A stretch of 64,000 bases of DNA from Takakia lepidozioides (lineage: Eukaryota; Plantae; Bryophyta), in the NCBI GenBank assembly GCA_030704615.1, contig CM060733.1:62930001-62994000 (forward strand), in the 5' to 3' direction. Positions 1 through 10,109 of the stretch are shown piece by piece. Each line of letters begins with the position of its first letter. Positions within the stretch are counted from its first letter, which is position 1. A model generated the notes under the pieces. That model was given only the letters and a program-made list of their open reading frames with translations, ran no database searches and was not told the origin of the DNA. Both the position numbers and the translations under genes were made by a program.

Positions 1-682
1 GCGCACTGCTATGCTGTTGCGGTGGAACTGCTGCCACTGGACGTGGGTGGACTCCATCGGAGAGACCTATTCTCCTCGAGGAGTGCGCTCCTCTTCTCCA
101 TTGTATGGGGACATTCGCATTGGTGTGGACGACGAAAACGTGAAGATTTCCATATTCGATGGTGGTATGATTGAAGGGCAGGACATTGTGGTGAACATCA
201 CTAGGGGCGGTACAACGGCTGCAATCGACTTTACATGGAGGAGCCCCAGGACTCATGAGCTAGTTCTGAGAGCAGTCGAAGTCCCATTGACAACGTGACT
301 TGTATTCAGTAGGCACAGGGCTCAAGATTTGAGGGCACAATCAGCACAGTAGACGTGCTTCAAATGCAATTCATGTGGATCAATAAAAACCTCATTGTGC
401 CCTCTTTTTATTCTATTCTGTGTCCATTGTTCCGAGAATGCGTCATTGCTCATTTCGTTTGGGATTGGGAGTGTGGGTGAATTTTGCAAATGGCTGGTAG
501 GCTGAAATGGGCCCCCATTGTACAGAGCAGTACCACCCTACCATTCGCGAAACATTGCCTTTCAATATATAATTCTAAATAACATTGCCGAACCTCCTTC
601 ATCGGGAGGTCCTTCTCCCCCTATGACCGTGGCACCCTAAACCCTATTCCCGCGGACACTCATTTCCGGAAAATAGTGCTGC

Positions 683-763
683 TCATGTTTTTTTCCACAC
701 TTACGACTCTGCTCATGGCTCATGCCGCTCATGGCTCATGGCTCATGAAATAACAGCCCCCCC
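683..763. repeat. GCTCATG repeat cluster ending in a probable DNA-transposon terminus (reverse strand GGGGGCTGTTATTTCATGAGC; Harbinger/MITE-like)
   Basis: Six GCTCATG units abut the point where the CACTA transposase is truncated. A similar cluster lies at 16937-16982. Confidence 0.35.
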
Positions 764-3297
764 ACTTGGCATGAGCCCACGGATAGCAAGCGGTATAATT
801 TGTTGCATGAGCACATGATAGTCATGTGATTTCATGCCTGACAACTTCTTCTTCACCACATGCTTTTTGAAAGCTGATGCGTAGCCTGTTGGCACTTTCA
901 AGTTCTGCACAATCTCCAGAAAGACTTGTAACTCAGCCTCAGTGAGGACATAAGGGGCAGGAGGCATAATTAACGTATCTACTCTGTCAAGATCACGTTG
1001 TAGCCACAATTCCGGGCGCATCCCAAGTAGCTCCAAATCACGGCAAACTTTCAATGTGTCTTTCTCACCAAAGATAGTTTTAATAATATTTTCAGCCAAG
1101 TTCTTCTCGCAATGCATTGCGTCAAACGTGTGGCGGATGAGGAGACCCTACAAAATGAACACATAAGCAATTGAGCATTTACTCATCACAATTTAAACAG
1201 AAAACGCAAAAATGTACACAGCCAATTTAAAGGCCATGAAGGAATTACCTCCCAATAAGGTAAGACATATAAAATTGACAATCGCTTAACTCCATGAGTT
1301 TTTGCTGGGTCTGTCCTGCTATCTGGCATCCCTCCGTTTTCCACCCATGCAGTGCGAGCTGTTGCAAGGTCCTTGATTGTGTTCCAGTCTGCGTTTTTGG
1401 AGGAGTTCCATGCTCAGTAGCGCCATTGAACATTCTTGACCTTCTATATGGATGATTGCGGGCCAAAAATCTTCGGTGGCCTAGGAAAACAATTTTTCCA
1501 CATGTGTGTAACTGCTGTGAAGTCACCCCGGGTCCACAAGCTGGACAACCAGCATAACCTTTTGTCACTTGACCTGAGAGCAAGCCATATGCAGGGTAGT
1601 CATGGATTGACCACATCAACACTGCCCTCAGTGTGAATTCGCGTTGACCACGAGGACGGGAAACATCATGAGCTGCAATCCCTCTCCATAGTTCTTCCAC
1701 TAGGGGCATTAGGTAAACATCTACGTAGTCCGAGGTAACAGACTCTTTACCAGGAATCAGTAGCGCTAACATGACAAAGAACTTTTTGGTCATTAACCAC
1801 AGAGCCAGATTGTAATTGACCAAGAGAATGGGCCATGTGCTCCAACTTGTGGATTGAGCTCCGTAGGGATTTACACCGTCTAAGGCCAATCCAAATCGCA
1901 GAGATTGTGGCTCTGCAGCAAAATCCGCAAATGTGGTGTCAATGTGTCTCCATGCTTTGCTATCAGCTGGATGTCGAACCAACCCATCCTGGCTCTTATG
2001 TCTGTCATGCCATGTCATGAGATTAGCGATCGATTTACATCGGTACATACGTTTCAACCTTGGAATGACAGGGAAGTGTCGCAATATTTTCTTGGGCACA
2101 CTTCCACGACCTGGAATGTAACGGGAACTGCGGCACACTGGGCAAATGTCTACATTCTCGTACTCCCCACGGAAGAGTACACAGGCATGAATCATCGTGT
2201 ACTGCAATCCCATCTTGGCAATCATGGTTTTTGCTTCATAGTGAGTTTTCGGCAATGAATTCTCTTTAGGCAAAAAACTCTTACGCAACAATCCCAGAAG
2301 CTCATCCACAAATGCATTGGTGCACTTGTGGGTAGTGCATGCGTTCAACAACGTCAAAGTTGCTTGCAGCCGGCTGATGGAGCACCCTTCAAAAAGTGGA
2401 CATTGCGACGCTCGAAAGAGTTTATCATACTCGAGATCAACGTGCAGGTGAGCATTCTCATCAAATTCATTATCTCCGGAATCGTTGAGATCATCATCAT
2501 GATCGGCAAATGTGTGATCGGTTCCACCATGAATGGGGTCCTCTCTGTTTGCATCTGCAAAGAGAAACGCTTCCTGCAATGCACGCTGCATTTCTACCTC
2601 CAATCCACCACTCTCATCTGCGTTCTCTGTGACATTGGGCTCCCGCTGTGCCACAGGGCCTTCGTCTTCATCATCTGAATATTCACATCCCTGCATCCCA
2701 ATAGTCATCTTGTGAGTGGACCAACAACGATGTGACACTTGTTCATATTATGACATAGGAGGCACGGTGACATTGCAGTGATGCAGTCATATTTACGTAT
2801 GTATCTTATGAATATACACCCAATCAAAACACGACATTTGTAACCATTGAAGTCATAGTTGCAGTCACTTACTTAGTCATATATGACTACGTGACTACAC
2901 ATGACCAATGAAAACACGACATGTGCATTAATTAAAGTGATAACGGAAGTGGCGTAGTCATAGTCACGTCTGTATCTTATGACTTCTTGACTACAATCAC
3001 CCAACGAAATGTCGACATGTGGAGAAGAGGATCGTTGCATTCAAAATTCAAACTAAAGTGCTGAAGGGAAAGTGACGATCTTACCGGAAGAGAACAGCGT
3101 TGGAGAAGAGGATCCCTCCCGTGTATCATGTAGTGATTCCTCACTGTTTCCAACAACAATACTTTTCCTCCATGACACTCATCGCAGTTGCATAGCATTT
3201 TTGTATGCCCATTCCTTGTGGCATAAGCTTCTTCCATTCGCCATAGATGGTCATCTATTCTACGCCTACGCATCCGTTCGCCACCTGCACTATACAT
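763..3297 (-). pseudogene. CACTA/En-Spm transposase (TnpD/Tnp2, Transposase_21 type), spliced, frameshifted and 3'-truncated
   Basis: ORF 2977-3297 has the transposase-associated motif CNCDEC...VRNHYMIHG. ORF 1245-2738 has IHAC...CPVCRSSRY, RHPADSKAW, LALDGVNPY, WPILLVNYNL, LMWSIHDYPAYG, GHRRFL. ORF 743-1117 has MHCEKN and LSGMKSHDYHVLMQQ. Homology ends near 763. Confidence 0.92.
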
Positions 3298-3877
3298 GCT
3301 TTGAACGTCACCCCTTCCCTCTTTGCATGCTACGCACAGTGCATTGTCTCTAGTTTTGCACTAGCTGCCAATGTGCTATTTCTATATCTATAGTATACTA
3401 TAAGTATCGTTTCTGAGTGTCCATGGTGAAGCGGAAGGTCTTCGAAGTGACAGTCCCTCTCACTGAGTACGAGAAGTTCCGAGAGCGCCGGATTGCTGCC
3501 ATAAAGGAGGTGGAAGCAACGTTCAAGCAGTCGATAGATGGGTGAGTTTAGTTCCTGACTTTGGATACCCACCCACTAAACTTGCAATTCGCCTTATCCT
3601 CTAACCTTCCTACAACGATCATAAGCTTCATAGCACAAATGGGGGCGAGTAGCTGCGACTTGTACAAACAGAGAGGCAAACAACATGCAGTGAGTGACGA
3701 TTAGGTTTGAGGAGGGTGTGTCATTAGGCGGGAGATGTCCGCCGTCATTCGTGGGCAGGCATTACGTCCTGGTAGGGTGCGGTTGTGGTTCAGCGTAGGC
3801 TTAAGAGTATTAGGGTATGTATGCTTGCATTTGTTTGTGATTGTTTGAGAGGGAGGTCATGGAGGTGTTTGTGCAGG

Positions 3878-5478
3878 CTTGCGGGAGCGAATCGCCCTCG
3901 CAAGCCACGCGCTCCAAAGGAAAAAGCTAGGGATCAAGGTCCTGCAAGGCAAAGTGCCAGACTGAAGACGATGAAGACTATGATTCTGCACGAGGGCTCT
4001 TCTGAGGACGATGAGGACGATCCACTCCTCCCACGCCAGTGCGAGGCGAGTGCGTCGTTGGCGGATGCCACGGCAAGCCGAGGAGAACATGCCTATGCTC
4101 ATGTCGCAGGACAAAAACGCCCATCGTCTACACTACGAACACCTTCTCCGTCTGTGAGTTATAGTTATTCACAATGACCATGATTCAAATTATGTATGTT
4201 TTTGGTAAAATCACGAAGAGATAGGGTATGGTAAGATCATGAAGAGATAGGGTATGTCTGTCAAGACAGGGAAGTTGGACAATGCAGGGGTCAGCCAATG
4301 CACAATCACAAATGATTTCCACTAGACAAGTTGACGTGCCAAAGGCATGATGTCAGGCCAATGTAGACTTCAGGTGTGTTCAAATTCTTTGCCCCATGAA
4401 ACCAACGTCCTGGTACTAAGCTACAATGACTACTTATAGAGATACTTGGGTTACTTATGCACCCAGAATATCAGTAAAACTTGGAGGGATACTTCTCATG
4501 GACCCATCAGGTTTGTCCATTTGAATTCTTGCTATGGATTTCAGGAACACCCCATACCTAAGAGGGCTCAAAAATGTACTGGGAGGACATCATTGGGCCA
4601 ATCAAATTTGGGAGATTTACTGCCCAAGATCATACTGAGTTTTGGTTAATCTTGTCTTTACAAATGATATGTGCTTCCAGTTTGTTTTGCCTAAATTCAA
4701 GGATTTGCTGCTTGCTGCCTATATGTATGTGTAATCACCCACATTGTACTGGGGGAATTTCTTTTCAGGGCAAGCACAAGCGCACTGGATCCACGATCCC
4801 TACTGCTAGCAATGGAGATGGCGCCACAAGAACGCAGGAGGTGGCCCTAACTCTCCCAACGTTGTGGGTTCTGTGCCACCAGTACCCCACCTTATTATGG
4901 TATGCCTCAGTACCCACAGTCTGGCACTCAGTATGGTCAGGGTCAATATGGTGCTCCTCCATATGGGCAGTATGGCCAGTATCCTCCTCCACCATATTTG
5001 CCACCCCCTAATAGCTATGGGGTGGCAGGCCACCGGAATATCCTCCTACTTATGGACAGTATGGCCAGTATGGTCCTCGGCCTTCTGGCCAACAGCCATG
5101 GCCACCAGTCCCTACTTGGCAGGATCATGCTTTGAATTCTCCTGAACGCACGGAGGTCTCTGAAGGAGGGGAGGGTGCCGTTTCAAAGAATGATAGAACC
5201 AATGCTTTAAGGAGGGCTAATAGCTCAGCCAAAATTGAAGCTGCCAAGGTCAAGGAAGAGAGAATAGCTGCAGGTCTTCCTCCCACGGTGATTTTGACGA
5301 ACCTCAAAGGAGCCCCGTATGGTCAGACCCGGAATGTATGGCACGCTGCCCTTAAAGGACAGGCTTATCGCAAGCTAGATTGTTCCCTTGCCATCAACAA
5401 CCAACCTGATGAAATTGTATACGAAATCAGAGATCACCTGGCTAAGCTATTTTCATATACGCCACACGAGTTAAAAGA
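3878..5478 (+). pseudogene. CACTA second gene (TnpA/Ptta-like) fragments, interrupted by the Penelope-like insertion
   Basis: Exon-like segments 3878-4155, 4769-5120 (P/Y/G/Q-rich) and 5132-5478 (GAPYG..W...LK...LDCS..NQ...I...L..LFSY). These resemble the N-terminus of plant En/Spm ORF2 proteins and lie next to the Tnp2 gene. Confidence 0.5.
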
Positions 5479-5489
5479 CTTCCCGGGCT

Positions 5490-7640
5490 ATGGAATGGAT
5501 AAGTCCTAAGGGTATGATAAAAGAAGCATTCTTGAATTTCGGACAGAATGACCTGGCTATGTTAACTGAGGAAGTGATGTTTGGATGGACATACCATAAA
5601 CAGAGTAGTACAGAGTACTATCTGCCTGCATCTACTTTTCGTGACTTTCACTTCCTACCTGATCTGATTGAATCTCCCCCTTGCCTCTGCAATACAGCCA
5701 AGAGGTTCAAGGCTTTTTGTGATGTGAATACTTTGGCTGAGATTCAAATAACTGATTCTGCCCCCATACAACATGTCAGAACTATGGATCTGAACATTAT
5801 AAGACATCCCAAGCTGAGAGAACTCTTCAGCCTAGGTATGAACCACGTTCCATTAAAAAAAACCTTAATAAAGGATGTTGTTATAGAGATAGCTTCTGCC
5901 TTCTCTAAAACATGTGACATTCTTCATGTGAACATTTCAGAACCCTGGATAGTAGAATGTTGTCAATGGTTGAAGATTACATGTTGGGACAGGCTGAAGA
6001 AAAAAGCCAGTTTGACACGGTGCAATTACTGTCATCATGAGGGTAACCCACTTGTCAAAAAAGAAGCTCGGGAGGAACTGGATTGGCTTCTTAAACACTT
6101 GTACATGTCTGGTCTTGATAAGGCTAACAACAACGTATGTTTTCTTTGTGTGAAGCACATCCGAACCCAAGCTTATCACCGACTTATGGGTAAGGATTTC
6201 AAACCATGCACCCAAAATGAGGTATGGTCATCACCTGATTCAGTCTTGGAAAGCCTGTTTACTGAGGTACAGAATCTGATCCCTGAAGTTGAGGTGGCTT
6301 TTTGTAGTCTTCCCTACATGATGGGAATATACAAGCTACACAAAAAAAAGTACCGTTGGATTACCAATGCACATAATTGTGTGTTCAGTGAAATTACTTG
6401 TCTTCTTACACGTGCCACTATGTTCCTACTACCCTTGGTCAAGGAATGGGCCTTAGACACCTACAAACAATTTTTCAAAGTGTCTACTGCCATGTATTGG
6501 ATTATAGACAGCATCACTGATTTCACTTTAAACCTCCCTGCAAAAATCTATGATGTGTTTGTGGCTGACATTACCCAATGCTATGAAAACATCCCTTTGG
6601 CAGGTGACGATAATCTGGGTGATGCTATTGAATACGTGATCAAAATTGCTTTCCAGCAATATCATGTAAACCACCCAAGGTCACATCACACCATTTGGAT
6701 CCAAACCAAAAACGGGATCTTCGGGAAGTGCAAGTGGAGTCTTTCTTCCCCAAAGAATGGTACTTGGATAGAGCTTCCTGAAGCCAAGTTGCTTCAGCTC
6801 CACAAGTGGTTGATGTCCCACTGCTTCGTAGCATTGGGTGACCGTGTTTGGCATCAAGTGTCAGGTATTCCTATGGGATTTTCGTGTTCACCATTATGGT
6901 GCAACATATATTTCCTTTCCTATGAGCTTAAATTTATCTTGAGACTGGCAGCTCTTGGACAATATCAATTGATGCCTAAGTTTCAATATGCTTTCAGATA
7001 TATAGATGACATCTGTTGGCTTAATATTGGCAATGCTATGTTATTCCTTAATCCTGACGCAGACAGGAGCAGCAGTAATCCATGGTGGATTTACCCATTG
7101 AATGTTGTGGAAATCAAACCTGAATTGTTGAGAACCAAGCCAGGATCCCAATATGAAGGTTTGGAAGCATGTTTTATGAACGTTCAGATCTCTGTGTTAA
7201 ACCCAGACTCAGGTGAGTTTCAATTTCAGAAATATGATAAGAGAAGACTCTTGCATTTCTCTTATACTCAGTATATCCAGTTCTTATCCAATAGACATGT
7301 GAATCAATCCTACAATGTAGTGATTTCACAAGCTTTTCCGATTTTGTATATTTCCAGCAGTGTTAATCTTGCTTGGAATGAATGCTATATTCTCATACAT
7401 ACCCTTGGGAGGAATGGTTTCAAAACCAAAAAACTAACCCGGATTTTGATAAGTTTCCTTGAGCAAGGCTCCTTCCTTGGTCTTTTCTTCCCTTTACAAG
7501 AGCTCATTGAAAGATTAAAAGGTACACTCTACACTCTTTCTTACATGATTGTATACCTTTTTCCTTTGCAGTTTTCCTTTTTTTTGACCATGGGAGATGT
7601 GAGTGTAGACCTTCATATCCATCTGGTTTTTCTAAAATAG
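5490..7640 (+). CDS. Penelope-like retroelement reverse transcriptase (Naiad/Chlamys-type architecture, no C-terminal GIY-YIG), apparently 5'-truncated
   Basis: Uninterrupted 716-aa ORF: PPCLC...HVRTMDLNII..KLRELFSLG, DKANNNVCFLC, YMMGIYKLHK, ADITQCYENIP, QVSGIPMGFSCSPLWCNIY, FRYIDDI, IYP, YDKRR...SN...YNVVISQ...NGF. In-frame stop at 5472, next to the CACTA junction. Confidence 0.9.
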   Translation: MEWISPKGMIKEAFLNFGQNDLAMLTEEVMFGWTYHKQSSTEYYLPASTFRDFHFLPDLIESPPCLCNTAKRFKAFCDVNTLAEIQITDSAPIQHVRTMDLNIIRHPKLRELFSLGMNHVPLKKTLIKDVVIEIASAFSKTCDILHVNISEPWIVECCQWLKITCWDRLKKKASLTRCNYCHHEGNPLVKKEAREELDWLLKHLYMSGLDKANNNVCFLCVKHIRTQAYHRLMGKDFKPCTQNEVWSSPDSVLESLFTEVQNLIPEVEVAFCSLPYMMGIYKLHKKKYRWITNAHNCVFSEITCLLTRATMFLLPLVKEWALDTYKQFFKVSTAMYWIIDSITDFTLNLPAKIYDVFVADITQCYENIPLAGDDNLGDAIEYVIKIAFQQYHVNHPRSHHTIWIQTKNGIFGKCKWSLSSPKNGTWIELPEAKLLQLHKWLMSHCFVALGDRVWHQVSGIPMGFSCSPLWCNIYFLSYELKFILRLAALGQYQLMPKFQYAFRYIDDICWLNIGNAMLFLNPDADRSSSNPWWIYPLNVVEIKPELLRTKPGSQYEGLEACFMNVQISVLNPDSGEFQFQKYDKRRLLHFSYTQYIQFLSNRHVNQSYNVVISQAFPILYISSSVNLAWNECYILIHTLGRNGFKTKKLTRILISFLEQGSFLGLFFPLQELIERLKGTLYTLSYMIVYLFPLQFSFFLTMGDVSVDLHIHLVFLK

Positions 7641-7745
7641 AAAAACCAGCGATGAAGACTACAAAGAGAAGGGAGAGTTTTTATGAGAATGGGTCTGGTA
7701 TGCACTCCCTTACGGGGTGAGTGCATACCACACTCATCCCATAAG
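7604..7745. other. Two stem-loops at and after the RT stop codon
   Basis: CTGGTTTTTCTA-AAA-TAGAAAAACCAG, extended by GTAG..CTTCAT/ATGAAGACTAC. Also TGGTATGCACTC-CCTTACGGGGT-GAGTGCATACCA, extended by TTATG..ATGGGT/ACTCAT..CATAA. Confidence 0.75.
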
Positions 7746-7778
7746 GGAATGCCATACCAGGGGCTGGCTGGTGGGATC

Positions 7779-9240
7779 CCTCTCTCTCCCTCTCTCTCTC
7801 CCTCTGTACATGGATCCTGTTGGTAACCTATTCCATAACCCAGAGGGTTTGGTACTAAGGTAATTTTTGACTAAACTATAATTAACTTTATGCTATCTTC
7901 ATCCATACCGGATATAGTTAATAATGGATGAATTCCATTAAATGTTAATTATGGTTATCATTTTTTACCTGGTTCCTTTGGATTATTAAGGTCATTTATA
8001 TCTAACCCTAATGAATGCCAGGTTCTGGTCATCGATTTTAGGATGTCATCCCTGCTGGATGACATGGCGATGACAACAGGGGAATATTCACCTTTCATTT
8101 CTTATTTTTCATCCCACATGGATGAAATCGCAATGGTTTGCCATATTTCCTCTCCTGCCATAAAACTTGCACGATACTGTGCGTTTTCTCTACGGGAGAT
8201 GAAGTGATGGTGTCAGAGGGATCTCTTAGCACGAATTTTATGATTTTGATGGCTATGGAGACGCTTCAATGTTGTTTACAAGTACTCTGGCAAGATTCCA
8301 GTCCTTTCTCATCTCCCTTGGGAGGCGTAACGGCGGCGGTGCTTCAATTCCCTCAGTATGGTGACCTATTCCCTTGGCGGGCAATCTACCTTAGGCTGCC
8401 CGACTGCTTGTAGATCCTCTCTGGATCATTAAGTTTCAGCACTACTCATAAAAACTCAGGGGGTTTCTTCACCTGTTAAAATGCGCATAGATTTCAAGCA
8501 AACCATTGCTTGTTTGTGCTGTTGATTGTCAAGTGCTTGGAGTGATGTCGAGTCCTCTTCCGCAATCGATTAAGGTTGTGGATAACCTTAATCCAGAGAG
8601 GATCTACAAGCAGTCGGGCAGCCTAAGGTAGATTGCCCGCCAAGGGAATAGGTCACCATACTGAGGGAATTGAAGCACCGCCGCCGTTACGCCTCCCAAG
8701 GGAGATGAGAACGGACTGGAATCTTGCCAGAGTACTTGTAAACAGCATTGAAGCGTCTCCATAGCCATCAAAATCATAAAATTCGTGCTAAGAGATCCCT
8801 CTGACACCATCACTTCATCTCCCGTAGAGAAAACGCACAGTATCGTGCAAGTTTTATGGCAGGAGAGGAAATATGGCAAACCATTGCGATTTCATCCATG
8901 TGGGATGAAAAATAAGAAATGGAAGGTGAATATTCCCCTGTTGTCATCGCCATGTCATCCAGCAGGGATGACATCCTAAAATCGATGACCAGAACCTGGC
9001 ATTCATTAGGATTAGATATAAATGACCTTAATAATCCAAAGGAACCAGGTAAAAAATGATAACCATAATTAACATTTAATGGAATTCATCCATTATTAAC
9101 TATATCCGGTATGGATGAAGATAGCATAAAGTTAATTATAGTTTAGTCAAAAATTACCTTAGTACCAAACCCTCTGGGTTATGGAATAGGTTACCAACAG
9201 GATCCATGTACAGAGGGAGAGAGAGAGGGAGAGAGAGGGA
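7779..9240. repeat. Near-perfect large inverted repeat (arms about 7779-8426 and 8591-9240, loop about 165 nt)
   Basis: The arms are reverse complements with about 4 mismatches in about 650 bp. The same 91-aa ORF appears on both strands (8138-8413 +, 8604-8879 -). Confidence 0.97.
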
Positions 9241-10109
9241 CAGATCAGGAAACAAAAAAAAACAAAAAAAAAAAGATGGGAGGGGAGTGACTGAGCAACA
9301 GCTGCTCAGTCACCCCCCCCCCCCCCCCCCCCCCAACCCATTTTTTTCATTGTTGCCCCCTCTCTCCCTCTGTCTCCCTCTTCGGAATTGGCTGGTTGTA
9401 TCAGTGTTCTTTTCATGATTTTCCATCTATACCAGATGGACTCTAAACAGTGTTTTCACCCACCTTATAAAGGTTTTCTATCCATACCGGAAGAATCTCC
9501 TGGGTGGACACTAAAATACCTCTAAAAAGGACCTATAATTTTTCATTCCTCTTTTATTGACTTTCATCTATACCAGATGCTAGAGAATGAAAAATTACCT
9601 CCGTAGGGGTTGTGACACTGGCATCCTATCTATAATTTTTCCATCCAGGCCGGATGAAAAATACCAGGATATGAATTCGTTTTATTCCTCCTTTATGCCT
9701 TTTTTTCCATACTAGATGAGGCTTTCTCTTAAGGGATGATGAAATACCTGTTAGCATGAGAAACCGATGCCCTGGATGATGTGTACTGCTTTTTTATCCT
9801 GCTGATGGACCTCCTCCAAATAAATGAACCTATTAATTTTTCATCTGAACCGGATGAAAAAAACAGCTTATGATGGCCCTGGAGAATTGTTTAATTATCC
9901 TTAATTATTGCTAATTAAGGAGTGAAACCCTAACCCCTACCCTATAATCTACTATTTAAACCTAGCTAACGGATGACATCCGTCGGGTTTTTGAGTTAAA
10001 GGGTGTTGATTATTCATCCTCCACGGATGAAAAATTGGGCTTTGCCCTAGGTGTCTCTCCCGCCGTCAGCTGCACTCCTCGTGCTGCTGTGCTCGCGAGT
10101 TGAGAGTTA

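Noticed and set aside
5406-5428. Hammerhead-like CTGATGA...GAAA just upstream of the PLE RT
   Set aside because: No convincing stem II or flanking stems, and it lies in the CACTA coding frame (QPDEIVYEI).
8138-8879. Two identical 91-aa ORFs on opposite strands
   Set aside because: By-product of the inverted repeat; TTG start and no recognisable domain.
9926-9945. Telomere-like AAACCCTAACCCCTA (also near 634) as evidence of telomere targeting by the PLE
   Set aside because: Only 1-2 units, not at an element junction; common telo-box-like sequence.
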